DNA from: Tubulanus polymorphus
Lineage: Eukaryota; Animalia; Nemertea
Length of the DNA stretch: 64,000 bases
Assembly (NCBI RefSeq): GCF_964204645.1
Contig: NC_134033.1
Span: forward strand, 6,348,231 to 6,412,230
Direction of reading: 5' to 3'
Shown here: positions 48,901 to 61,841 of the stretch, one piece after another
Numbering within the stretch: the first letter of the stretch is position 1
Layout: each line of letters starts with the position of its first letter
Notes under the pieces: model-generated
What the model was told of the DNA's origin: nothing
The model's database searches: none
The model's input: only the letters and a program-made list of their open reading frames with translations
Program-made: the position numbers and the translations under genes

Positions 48901-51900
48901 GATTCGTTGTAACTGACTAAAAACTGAAGTCCTTGGTTTCCTCCCTAGAAAACTTTGAAAAATTGATGTTTTCGATGGCATTTTATTATTTAAAAGTGAT
49001 AATTTTCAGAAAATTATTTGGGCCCATGGAATTATGCCTTAAATTCTTTTTCCACACTTGATGCAAAAACGATCGAGCTGGCCCTGTCTAGGATAGGCCT
49101 CATGATAAAATGAATTGTGGACTAATGTATTATTGTTGTAGAGGTTAGGCAGCGGTGGCGGTGTAGCAGTCGGTCGGGTCGGACGAGGTAGAGGTGTAGG
49201 ACGAGGGACCCTTGGAATCCGTGGAGCTTTACGAGGAGGTACGTGTGTACTGCTGATTTCACAGAGTTGCCACTGACTTGGAAAACCTCGAAAACCCAGG
49301 GAATCAGAAAAAACAATTCGAAATCCGGGGAAAGTCGGGGATTTTGACAAATTTTGCACAAAAAAATCAGAAAATTTGGATTTGTTATCGACCGCACATG
49401 TCTTAATATCAACGGTGTAACCTCGTTTTCATGAACACGGACACAACGATTCATTGGATATGACTAAGAATTTTGTCCCAACTAAGAATATTTGATTAAT
49501 GTTATACTGGATATAACGAAATGTCGGTTATAATGTACATATTATATATGGAGTTCGCTGTGACGAGGTTCCACTGTACATGATTCATGAAAAATGATTA
49601 GATTATAACATTTCAAAACAAGAAATTTTAAGTCCTGATTAAACCAGGGAATTTTTATGATATAACACTGAAAAATCAGGGAAAACTCCGGGAATCTGCA
49701 AGTCAGCGGAAGGTGGCGACCCTTGTCAAAAGGCAATTTATCCATACTGATATACCACACATCGTCTAAATTCTCGATTGTCAATGAAGATTTTTATCCA
49801 TATATTTCAGGTCAAATCCGAGGCAGGGGAAGATCAGCAACAAGGTTAGTATTGGATCCATTCATTATTTTTAATGTATTGCTCTGAAATAGTCAACCCC
49901 GATATACCTCCACGGTATGAAACCTGCCACTCTAATCTGGCTGTGCAGGTACATGATGTCATAATTTGCCAATCAGAAATACCGTTTAATTTTAGCGCGG
50001 GTTTTTCCTGTTATAGAGTATGCCTAAGCGATTATGCAAAGGGGTATCTGATTGGTGCCCTAGGTTTTTGTGCGACAAACCTGCGCACCTGGTCTAGTGT
50101 GGGTTATGTGCCCGGGGCTGAGTCGAGTGATGCCTGAAAGAGTTAGCTTTCCTATTTCATTAAGTAGTCAATCGATGCAATTTTTTGCGTTAACATTTGA
50201 TCTTGGTGTAACCAGAGGTGCCGGTAATACTGGTAATATTCGCGGAGGGAATGGTATTACGCGTCGAGGTACAGGTCATCGTGGTGGTGGACAACGTGGA
50301 TCGAACAACGGCGGAAAGCCGCACCGTGGCGGTGGATCCACCGGTGGCGGAGCGCGCGGTGATTCAAATCGACGTAATAACCCAACCACGTAAGATGAGC
50401 TGCACCGGGTGAAGCATGCTGATCCGTGTGTTGGCATCAATGATTATTATTTTCAGCATCGATAGTTCCCGCTGACTGACTTGTCTGTTCCCCTTAAAGA
50501 CCTTCCCAGAACAAAAGGTGCCACAAATCCCCCATCACATTCAGAGCTGCCAACCGTTGTGATTTTTCGGTAACTGTTCCGGAATATCGTGAAAATATGG
50601 CGTTTGGTTTTTAGAAGAATTGTTACGGATTTTTATTCACCTGAGAATACTGAAAAAATTTGATAAGTTACGGAAAACTTAACCGTTTTTATGGCAAATT
50701 TACCCTAATACAGATTTTTAAGACCTCAATACTGATTTTTAAAATGTCTCCTGGTTTGAAAATTGGGGACTACCGGGCAGTTTTTGAAAATACTGATAAA
50801 CTTGGACATGTGTTCAGCAAATGATAAAATCTAGGTTGGCAGCTCTTCACATCACTCATCGCAACAACTTCATGGTTCCACCATACATGGGGAATCTCAA
50901 AATGATATTCTCTGTTAGGTTTGGAAATATAGCAGAACTCACTGTAATGCGGATGACGAGGGACTGCCCAGATTTCTTTTTAAGTAAAATCCGAATTTTT
51001 AATACCGTAATAGCTTGAGTTACATGGTTCCATGTTGAATGGATCAAATATTTCATCCGCATTAAACGTACTACTGTAGGCCTATAAGGAAATTTGATTG
51101 ATTTCCTCAAATTGGAGAAATTTTAGGAAAATTCATTTTACACTTCACATAGGCCTACCAGTAGCATATTTCTGAGATGTCAATTGCATACTTTCGTATG
51201 CATTCATCTCTATCAACCAGCCACTATTAAAGTGTTGACATCCCTGTAGTATGTATGATGGTACCTCAAAATGGAAAAAAGTTGCTCAAGAAATATGAGG
51301 GGAAATTTGGGAATATTGAATTCATGGGAACAGTGCGGTGCATTTGATCTGGAAAGGTCTTATTTATTCTTAAAACATAATAATGATACAGTAAACGATG
51401 CGTAAGATGTTTTGGGACTAGAGGAGCATCTCCCCACTGGTAAAAACTTCGACTTAGGGGGAATTGGATATCCAAACTTTTTAATGAAAACTGCTGTTAG
51501 TAAAAAAAGGGGAAAGGGTTAAAACTCCAAAATACTGTTTCTGACTTTAAAATCTGACTTGGGGATGGACACCAGAAAAATTAGATCTAACATTTTCTGA
51601 AGTATTTATCTGACTTACGGTTACTGTATAAGGCCTATTAACCGTGTTCCTTTGTTTCACAGGGTTCTTACAGACCTTTTACTTGAAAGTCATGAAAATT
51701 TTTGGTTTGATGATATTGCTGGTGGCAAGTGGCACATCGAAACTCCTGAAACTCATCGGCCTTCATGGAGTATATATACGTTATGATATGAAAAGAATCT
51801 GGGATTTTCTGGTCAAGGGTCTGGGAAAAACAGGGAATGATAATTTTCCTTATCTGTAAGAACCATGTACTTGAATTAATTACATTGTAGGCTCTATGTA

Positions 51901-54333
51901 GATGATAGAATTAACCCTCTAGTGTTGAAGTTTCAGCGAAAATCATAGTCTGCGTTCTGTTTAATGGCATGGTTTTTCCCTTTTTCGCGAAAAGTTGTTA
52001 CAGTCGAATCAAAGTGGTTACTATGTGTACTAATTTGTATGACATGGCCACTTAATTGATTATTTTCTTCTTTTGAAAGAAATCAGTGAATGTGGTGAAT
52101 AAGCAGGGAAATTTGTTGAGTTGATCTGTTAAATTGCACGTACAATCTGAAGTTTCCGTGTATGTCTTACGTATTTGAATGTGTTAACCGATTGGATTCT
52201 TAGCGTATAGTCAAGGAAAACAACATGCATGTCAGGGGATAGTTGTATTTCTATTGACTAAGCGCAAGTCATCCGAACTACGATGATTTAAACGAGTTTG
52301 TACTTCAAAGGGCGCACAGTTACAAAACACGCAAGGAAAAAATATCTACATTTGGCGTTTTTATGCTGCATGCGCGCTAGGCTAAATATGTCAAAAATGT
52401 GAATTGTAAATATTAATGAATTCCCTGCGAAACTGTTCCGTCGAATATCGGCGATATTAATGTAATTATTATTATTTGAAGGTTCATGAGAGGTGGTCGA
52501 GGAGGCTTCGATCGTAACATGTAAGCCACGGTTGTTTCACCTTACGCTTGCCTTAAATAGCTTTGATCAATTTTTGTTTGGGGCTGACTGAAGAATGAAG
52601 CTGTTTTAACTAGGTTTTTTGTAGCAACCCTTCTGCTCATTGTTTTGTTTCAATGTTGGTTGCATGCAATATGGCATCAGTAGACTTTGTTTCACCGTAC
52701 TCTGGACGAAGTGTTTTGAATTTTCTTACGCCAGTCAATCTACTCCTAATCAGACTGCCCTGAAATTCACCATAGAGAATCTATTGGTACCGCAAGATCT
52801 GAGGCAAGCAAAGTCTACTGGTGAAGTTTTGTATTAACCCTTTTGCTGCGAGCATGGTTGTATAATGGTGTGCGGGTTTATTATGATGTTTCCTCGATGA
52901 AAATAGCTAGAAATACCATTTCTAAATTCCGACTTCCTTCAGAATGCGACAGCATTGCACGTGTTATGGGCAATAACCTGACGCCACAGCCAGGCAACCA
53001 TGCAAACCAACTGGCGAAAGTTTTGTCATCTTTCAGAAAAAAAAACTTTGTTATGCATATAGAATTATAATGTGCTATAAAAAGTGCTATACAGTACTAA
53101 TTGTTGAGCGCAGCTCAGCTCAGCTCATCATGGTCGTCCCCACAATTTTTTTCGGGTAGTTTGTTTTTAGGAATAGACAGGGTCTTGGGGTCCCCCCCAG
53201 AAAATTTTTGAAAATTTCGTGCAAGCAGGCGCTATCTGGTGCAATCTGAGGCCGATAGGTAGACTGGTTACCATTTACTTTACATTTATCGATTTTACTT
53301 AGCTAATTAGCAAATGCAGACCATGTGCCGACGTTCTTTGACGTTTGAAAATTCAAAAGTTCGAACTACCGGCCCCCTCTAGGGATGCCCATGCTCATCA
53401 TAATATGATTTATCAAATGTCTACTTTGTGAGAGCTGATCTCATCGTACGCATTGAAAAGGGTAATTGCAAGACTTGTATGAACCTAAAATAGTTACAAA
53501 TTTTCTTTGCTGGTTTCTGAACCCCCTGGAAAAATGCAATTTTATGGAACCTTTTTTGGCGCGAGGTAAGGTATACATATTGATGGCAAAAAAGTGATAG
53601 ATCTACTATATTAGCCTTTTTTTGGAAAAATTTCATCCTACTTGGCGGCTTGGCCTTTCATTTTTCTTATTAACGCTATGCATTTTTGGCCCCAACAATA
53701 GAGATAAAACTTGTCTTTGAACGGGCGGCCACTGACCAGATAAACTTAGAGAATCAGAAAAATCTAGAAAATTATCAGGGAAAACTTGGCAGAATTTGAT
53801 GAATTTGCGATAATACGGAAAAACTCAGGGTTATGGATTGCTATTGACCATGTGTTCCTTTATGAATACATGATTCATAAAACATTGATATATTGTAAAA
53901 TTTTAAACCAAGAAATTCCTCTGATTTACTCTGGGAACTTTCTGTTATAACACGGAAAACTTGGGGAATTTGTAAATAGGTGGAAAGTGCCCACCCTGTG
54001 TAATAAGCAACTGATAACAAAATTCGACTACTGTATGCAGAACAAATCTAGAAAAAATTTCTAAGAACCATTAAGGCAGGCAATAGAATGTGTTTGTGTA
54101 TTTTCAGGGTCGGACGTTTAGCGCGAGGAGGTAAAGCTACTCAACGAGGTATTGGCCGAGGAGGTCGCGGACGTGGTCGCGGAGTTACTCGAGGAGGTTG
54201 GGGTCGCGGTGGTGGCGCGGCCGCCAGGACCGTGCATTCGCGTGAGCAATTAGACGTTGAATTAGATACGTACATGTCGAAAACGAAACAAGCGCTCGAT
54301 GCCGAATTGGACGCCTACATGCTCGACGCTTGA
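45907..54333 (+). CDS. CHTOP: Chromatin target of PRMT1 (Friend of PRMT1)
   Basis: Coding exons 45907-45971, 47716-47860, 48674-48817, 49142-49238, 49811-49844, 50216-50389, 52482-52520 and 54108-54333. Motifs: [40 protein letters not shown], an RGG-rich centre, and [27 protein letters not shown] (FoP duplication). Confidence 0.96.
48542..48604. repeat. Perfect 29-bp tandem duplication
   Basis: ttatcaatacgtagtattaatgagtgatg occurs twice in tandem. Confidence 0.85.
49900..50134. mobile_element. Diverged copy of the 62726-63004 Mutator-type MITE
   Basis: Colinear blocks ggtatgaaacctgccac, agcgattat, atctgattggtgc and ggctgagt..gatgcc. A TIR fragment also lies at 44341-44376 in the LTV1 intron. 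Confidence 0.6.
50542..50847. mobile_element. hAT6-type MITE
   Basis: cagagctgccaacc / ggttggcagctctt; flanks CACATT and CACATC. Confidence 0.6.
51660..51867. mobile_element. hAT-like MITE
   Basis: cagggttcttacaga / tctgtaagaaccatg; no TSD retained. Confidence 0.5.
53129..53393. mobile_element. hAT5-type MITE
   Basis: catggtcgtccc / gggatgcccatg, with a perfect 5-bp TSD CTCAT. Confidence 0.65.
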
Positions 54334-54775
54334 ATCGCCGACGCGTTACGTCGTGAATCGACATCTAGATAGATAAACTTTCGTGGATTGTGGAATCCGT
54401 CTTGTAAAAAGTGTGCGTCACCAGGATGCATGGAGACAACTGTCGCCATTGAATTAGGCAGTACGGCTCTAATTAGGGAATAAAAAACATATGTTTATAG
54501 TAAAGATTTTATCGTGAATCGATGACAGAATGCTGATGTTTTAAGTTTAATGTATGTTCGTTCTTTTTCAACTTTTCTTTTTAATCGATCTAAAAAAAAA
54601 TAATCTGACACTCGAATAGCTTTCGTAACTGGAGCCGTCCTATTTGTGAGGCGTCGAAATAATGTGTAATATGAAAACATAAACTCGAAAGTTACCTCGT
54701 GGTAAATCAGTGGAATGGCTCATTCTCAGAGAATCTACTCGTCATAACTGTTAGCTAATATCTGGTATGAAAATA

Positions 54776-54913
54776 CAGTAGACTCCGCCCTACTTGGATA
54801 ACCGTTCAACTCTGATGTTTTTTGAAATATTTTTGCTACGTCTAACTCTTGTTATCACTCTAGTTGGACACATTTTATGGTCCCAAAAAATCCAACTCGA
54901 GGCGCGTCTACTG
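54776..54913. mobile_element. pogo/Tigger-like MITE downstream of the CHTOP stop codon
   Basis: TA|cagtagac...gtctactg|TA. Confidence 0.65.
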
Positions 54914-55383
54914 TAGTTAAATTATTCGGTATTTAAATCATATTGTAGTTAAATCATTCGGGATCTAATTGGGAAAATCATTGTAATGAGATTCTGCTTT
55001 GTATATAGAGTAAATTCTGCTTAATAAGTATCAGTTGATCTGCTTAACATAGGTCACATCTTGGTTTTGTGAGACTCCAACCCTATTTGATCCTTCATTT
55101 GAACCTAATGAAGGGACCACGGCTCTTGAAGTGTTGCTCGCTCTATAAGCAGCCAGCAGCTGTCAATCTGCTGTCTGTACCCATCCCTCAGATGTTCACC
55201 TTTTGAAATGCGAAGTCTAGACTAACATATTTTTCACAAATGGTGAATATCTGTCTGAAATTGATAATTCTGACACCCTAATTCATTTTCAAAGGAAATG
55301 TCTAGGATACTGGACTCTGTGACACAGTCGTGCGTTTTGGCCTACCGGTAGTTCAATTTCAATGAGTTAACTCGTGATCTTAA

Positions 55384-55548
55384 GAGGTCATTCATTTATT
55401 ATGTACGCATTAGGGGAGGGTGAGGGGTCAGTACAATTGCGTACTGTAAATGCTAAATGTATATGAATAAATGGCCGATTTTGCGTACAGAGGAAGAGGG
55501 GGGTTGAAAATTTCAAATTTTATGCGTATGTAATAAATGAATGATCCC
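55384..55548. mobile_element. PIF/Harbinger (Tourist-like) MITE
   Basis: gaggtcattcatttattatgtacgcat / atgcgtatgtaataaatgaatgatccc; TSD TAA; a second copy lies at 61688-61841. Confidence 0.75.
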
Positions 55549-56553
55549 TAACAGAGAACTGTGGAGCTGGGTCCAGGTTTGTGAAAAATCCAAATTTAAC
55601 ATATATTTTGCGTACATTTATTTTTAGGCGGTTCATAAATGATATCTGGAATAGATCAAAATCAGAAATTAAACTCATCCGAATTAAGCAGTTTTGTAGA
55701 GGGCAGTGTATGTATGACTGACCCAGGTGGCTATATTTTGTTTGTACAATAGAACACACTTAGTTCAGATTACTTGGGGCTGCCCAGATTTATTCGAAAT
55801 AAGTATATGGCCGAATAGTTTACATGCTTCCAGGTTAAATCCGTGAAGTTACTTCGTCCGAATAAAGTGAAAATCCTGATTGAACAGTCCAAATTGAGCG
55901 AGTTCTACTGTATTGGAAACAGTAAATTTGTAAGATGCATTTGTACAACGAGTAAATGCGTTATATTTACGGTGGAGATTTTAACTCGTGTGAAATGGTA
56001 GCATTTTTTAACGAAATACATCTTTATCTCTTCTGAAAAAATTTGCTGTTTCTTATTCTTATGCAGTGCTGTCATCTACTGGTGTGAACTGATATATGGT
56101 TGTAACTCGTGTAAGCATAGGCCTACTGGTTACTGTCCAGCTCATACAGAGGCGGATCCAGGGACAAAGATAACTTTTTAGGGAAATTCTTCAAGCCTTT
56201 ACCAGAAAAATATCCTTATTCTCAGATTTTCTCAACAAAACAAACCTCATCTAAAAGGGAAAGTTCTCCTTGTTCAGTTCAAAGGCAGGCCTATTGACAC
56301 GCACTGAATTATTATTATAATCGAACCCATAAGTAAAAGCGAATTCTTGCTGATCTTGGTGTGTCCTAAAACCCAGTGGCTGATTCTGGCCCTTCTGAAC
56401 ATGGCTGATGATGCTGCACAACATCCTGCGAATCATGCGAGGGTTTTGCATTCAAATGCACTTTGATCGAACTAAATCATAACCCTCATGTTTTTGCTTT
56501 GCACCCCTATCCTCTAAGGTACATACTTTGAACTTTTATAACCCACCCCATTC

Positions 56554-56904
56554 CAACGGGCAATTTATAGAAATTTATACCTGTTGAATATCGAAGATTA
56601 AAATCAACAAAATGTTTCAAATAAATTTTTTAAAAATTTTGCTCCAGAATATGTGCTTGACAATTCAAATTATTTTCAGCTATCTTATTAGTGAAGGAAT
56701 TCAGTGTTTGCATAAATTGCTATGGAAATTCTATAAATTACCCGTTGAATATCGAGGATAATATGATCTACAAAACGTTTTGAATAATTTTTTTAAAATT
56801 TTTCTCTTCAGAACAGAATATTTGCTAGACAATTCAAATTATTTTCAGCTATCTTATTAGTCGAGGAATTCTTCCCTGCATAAATTTCTATAAATTTGCC
56901 GTTG
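56554..56904. mobile_element. TIR element with an internal direct duplication of about 165 bp
   Basis: caacgggcaatttatagaaatttat / ataaatttctataaatttgccgttg; gacaattcaaattattttcagctatcttattagt occurs twice. Confidence 0.6.
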
Positions 56905-57389
56905 TTTTTTAAAACCAGCGACAGATTCAAGATGTGCCATATGGTCTATGGTAATCGTGCATAATTCAAAAAGTTAAAGGCTCAGTGCTGAACTATAGTC
57001 AGCCACCCAATGTCAAACGGATTAATATCATTCCCGAATGGAGTACGCATATGTCCGGGAGGCTATTTTTGAATATCGAGATATCAAACCGGCCCCTGGC
57101 ACGCGAGGTTACGTTTGATTGACAACTGATTTTTTCCCTCTAAAACGGGTCGCCGATATCCAAATCGAGGCAGCAGTAATCGGGTCGAAGTAGAGCCAGC
57201 ACAGCTGACCCAGATACTCATGCGCCGGTTTGATCACCTAGCCGAAATAGTGCGCTCCGAATTACGACGCTAGCGAACAGTAACGTTCAAGTCTACATAA
57301 CCGTCAAAGTATTGCGTCAACGTCGATTTTACGGTTAATTTAGCGTGAACTAACGTAAAAGTCGCGCTGACGCCTTGAGATTTGTTGAT

Positions 57390-57803
57390 GGGTATAAGCG
57401 CGTGCGTATGAACACTACCCGGTGCTGGTCGTTCTTCGGTCGTGTCCGCCATTTTCGTGATTTTCTTCACAAATTGCAGGAATTCGCGTCGATTTTCGTC
57501 GCAGTTTTTCGCGTGTTTCGCGTCTGGAATCGAGCGCTTTCGTCGACGCGTCGTTGGCCGTGTTTCTCGAGGATCGTTTAGCCGCGTGATCGACGGCTGT
57601 AACAACCGGCGCCTGATCGGAATAACAGGGTTTATTTAAGTGTAGAGCCGCCACACAAACTCGATTGGGGCGACCCCGGTTTTTATGTACACACGGTACA
57701 CACACCACGGATAGTTTAGTTCGGCTAGTGTAGAGCACAGGCGATAGTCAGTGTGGTGAGATAAATATACACATAAACAGCAGCTCAAAGCTCTAAAGGA
57801 AGG
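57390..57803 (+). promoter_or_regulatory. CpG-rich promoter and probable non-coding first exon of a downstream gene
   Basis: TATA-like tataag near 57394, YY1-like ccgccatttt near 57446, very high CpG density, and a consensus donor GG|GTAAGT at 57804. Confidence 0.5.
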
Positions 57804-58266
57804 GTAAGTATTTTATAGTCCTAATAAAATTACCTACCTTTGTGCAACGAAAACCTCTTGGACGGAGGAGGAGGTTGTTCTCTCTGACTCTCAAGTCTGT
57901 CACTCTGCTGCACCAGTTGAGTTCTTGAAATCTTACTCCTATCTTCGGGTTCGTGTTTGAATCACTATTTAGCCCGGACCCCTCCATGAAAAAAAATTTC
58001 AAGACAAAAGTAAGAGCTAGCTATAGGCCTACAACAGCTGGACCACAAAAAGGAGCGGATTCAGACGGGATGAAACGGAGATTCGCCTCGCTTGCTTTGT
58101 AGGCTAGTTGTGGTGGCCATCCCTGTGTCGTTTGTTATGCAATTTTAGTGCTTTGGTCTAGTTTGGGTGGGCGAAGTTTTTCATGTGATCTTCAAAAATA
58201 AAGGCACTTCGTCAGAAAAAAAGGCGATGACAAACAACCCAACGAACCCCCTCCGGGTCCATTGAC

Positions 58267-59704
58267 CAAGGGCGGATCCAGGATTTTTGTAGGGGGTGGA
58301 CAGGACAAAGTAGGGCACACCTTTCGAAGGCACATTGCGAGCGCCGAAGGCGCGAAGCCCACACCCGTCTGGGGGACCACCACCAGAAAATTATGAAAAT
58401 TTGGTGTTCATAAATGTGTTTTCCGGCATTTCAGAGGGTCCATTCTAGGAGAAAAAGAAGTCAATATTTAGACTGCAATTTGTAACCTTAGGGTCCAGGA
58501 TTGTGCCACACATAGGGAAAAAACAAGCACATAAAATTTGAGTTTCATACACAACATCTTTTTATTTACTCTACTCTCGTAATTGCACAATAATTTGTCA
58601 GGTTTATTGCATTTCCTTTCCTCTGATAAAATATTTAAATTTTAAAAACTGAGTTAAACTACAGCATTTCTTACAAAATAAAGTCTTAAGGTCATAAACT
58701 ACGTAGGTACAAATTTTTAACAAGCACCTCATGAAAAGATGTATCCTCAATGAATACGATTGTCAATGAAAATCTTCAGTTACACAAGCTTATGGGTGCG
58801 TTGCCTATATACTTGATTTACAACATAGAATACACATCTTATACAGGTATGTTTAAACTGAATACAATACGGACACTAGGCCTAGGTGCCACGTCATAAA
58901 AAAATTAAATGGATAGGTGCCCTACACAAAGTTTTCATCGTATATAAGCTAGAAAATGTGCCCTTTTTATCAACTTTTCTGACATTGCACGTGCCCTTAT
59001 TCCAGAAAAGATATAACAGAATATGCCTTTTTCACAGTTTTCATCGTATATATACACTATAAAATGTGCCCTTTTTATCAACTTTTCTGACATTGCACGT
59101 GCCCTTATTCCTTCCAGAAAAGATAAATCAGAATATGCCTTTTTCACAGTTTTCATTGTATATACGCTATAAGATGTACCCTTTTCATTAATTTCTCTGG
59201 CATGATAGGTGCCCCAATTTCAGAATTCACGCCTTCTCACAATTTTCATCGTCTATACTCTATAAGATGTGCCCTTTTTATCAATTTCTCGGGCATTAGA
59301 GGTGCCCCTATTTCAGAATAGGTGCCTTAGATATGACAGCACAGCATGAATGCCATTTTCAAAGGTTTTGCTAAACATAAAACAGCGCAGCATTTTAGCC
59401 CTAATCGCCTATAATTTCAACTATCGAGGAAAAACATTTCAGATGACTGTGAGAAGAGGGATGAAAAACTCACAAAAAACTCATTAACGGCTTGCCGCAT
59501 TTTGCTTCACATTGCAAAGCATGCTCCCGTTCTTTCCAGATACGCTTTTGAGTAGGCATCCTAAGATTAAGAATACTAGAAGCAATCTTTCCAGTGGCGA
59601 GCGTCCAGTTCCGTACAAAAAAAATTCTGAAAGCCAGGAGGGCACTTTTGATTTTTCAAGGGGGTGGACTGTTCCACCCGGTCCACCCCCTAGATCCGCC
59701 CTTG
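58267..59704. mobile_element. 1.44-kb hAT5-type non-autonomous element with internal tandem repeats of about 95-110 bp
   Basis: TIR caagggcggatc / gatccgcccttg; perfect 5-bp TSD TTGAC; four gtgccctttt-anchored units at about 58917-59330. Confidence 0.8.
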
Positions 59705-61687
59705 TTGACCAACTCCATAAGCTCTTTATTTAGTTTAGAGAGAAGGTTCATGCCTTAAGCCTCTTGCTTTTAGCCCGAAGAAATGAAAGCACACAGTTAT
59801 AGGTTTCTGAAATTAATTCAAAGCATTTTTAGATTGTTCTTCTGATTACATTTGTCAAGTCCTTCAACAGCTCATAATCTCAGGTTAAGCCAGAAAATGA
59901 ATGGGGTTTAGTTAGGAATTTCACTTTGGTTTAGTCAGTAACTGAACTGCACTTTCATATGATTGGCTTCAGTTAAGTCTGTAACCAGTTCATTCATTGA
60001 CCAAGCTGCAGTTAATCTCTAGGTCTGGTCCTGTCAGTAAACTGTGCTGTGGTTTACTCAGCCCTCAGACTGCAGTCTACTCGGTAATGGGATATCGGCA
60101 ACACCAGATGGCGCAACAAATCACTGGGTTATTCGTGAAAATCAGTTCATTTTCGGTGAAACATTATTTTTAGGCTTCCAAATCCGGAAATTATCAAACA
60201 GTCATCGAATTGATATAAGATATCCTTTCTCACTCAGTGTGTGGTATTGATTTCACTGAAAATTGATTTCCTAATCAGAAAAATTGACTCGAAGTCTATT
60301 GAAATATAGAAGAAATTGAAGCGCGATAACCCCGTGCCACTAGCGATCCTGGCGGATTATCGCTGAATCCTCGCTTCCCTCAGTAGCCTTGCCGGTATCC
60401 CATTGCTCTTGACTTTGGTTTAGTCGGTAAAGGTGGTCTAGTCAAGAACTGCACTGGTTGGATCAGTAACCAGACTGGTGTACAGTCATTGACCAGTATG
60501 CAGTTCAGGTCTAGTCTGTACTGCGGTTTTGTTTGGCACCTACGTCATGACTGGTTCAGACCAGTAGGCCTATTGAGCGTTCGATGAAATATTTCATTAT
60601 TGTTTTTAAAGCTTTAGGTTATTACAGCTGAACACCTATAATCAAAAGATGATTAAGGCCTACCTAATAATTTGTTGTCAAGAAATCTTAACTTCAATCT
60701 TGCTAATAGTCGGAATTGATTTGAGAAGATTGTATTGCAGACCTTAAAAATAACAGATTGTTCTTTGGAATTAGATTCATTAATAATATTGGATATTGAA
60801 TTGTCGCTCAGTAATATGACATGCATAGCTATTGAAGGCCCCACTGTATGATACTATTGGCCTATTATTACAATGAAACTCTATTCATATGCTTAAAATT
60901 TGGACTGCTGACCTTTAATAGAGTGAATGCATAGCCTACTTTGACAATAGAGGATTCCACTAATGGCAAGTGAGGATCCACCAGGTGTCACTAGCTCACC
61001 TTTTTTCCGCTAATACTGTTTCTTTTCCTCCATATACCATGGAAATGGTTGGAGTGTAATAAATATTCGTATTCGTATTCGTATTCCGCTCTACGAATCA
61101 AGGATTTGGACCATTTTAAATTTGAATCAAATTTTTCTCATTAAATCAACACAGAGAGTTCAGGTCTTCGATCTATCGAGGCTTGTACCGTCGAGCCTAA
61201 AAAATCTTTCAAAGTCGATTGAAAATTGATTGGCTGGGTTTTAGTCGTACTGTTATCTGGTGAATTGCAGCAATTCAGTCGCTGCTGGAAAATTGATCGG
61301 CAGTTTCGCTGCGGTCTCCTGAAAACAAATTGCGCCACATCCGTCATCAGCTGCAACTGTTTGAAAATATGCTGACGTTCACTAGCTCGTTGGTAGTTCA
61401 TGCGTCTGACAATCAGACTAGAAGTTCCTACTCGTGGGTTCGAATAATTTTTTTCTTTTTTAAACAGGCTACATTTTTTAATTTTTAGTTTCATAGTTTT
61501 GCAACGCTATTCGATCTGAGTTCTCGTTAGGCAGAACCTGGTCTCCGCTGGCACATTCAGTCGTGGACCTGTGTGTGCGCCAGATAACATTATTCTTTTG
61601 GCTAGCTTCTCAATAAGCAGAGCAGTGAATAGCGAAGTGTGATTGGATCTACGGGCTATAAAAAAAAACTCTGTGAGTTTTTGTTAG

Positions 61688-61841
61688 GGGGTCATTCATT
61701 TATTACGTACATATTAGTGGAGGGGGAGGGGTCAGTGCAATTGCGTTCTGTAATGCTTATGTATATGCTGATTTTGCGTACAAAGGGGGAGGGGGTTTGA
61801 AAAATTCAAATTTTATGTGTACGTAATAAATGAATGATCCC
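61688..61841. mobile_element. PIF/Harbinger (Tourist-like) MITE, copy 2
   Basis: Same TIRs as 55384-55548; TSD TAG. Confidence 0.75.
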
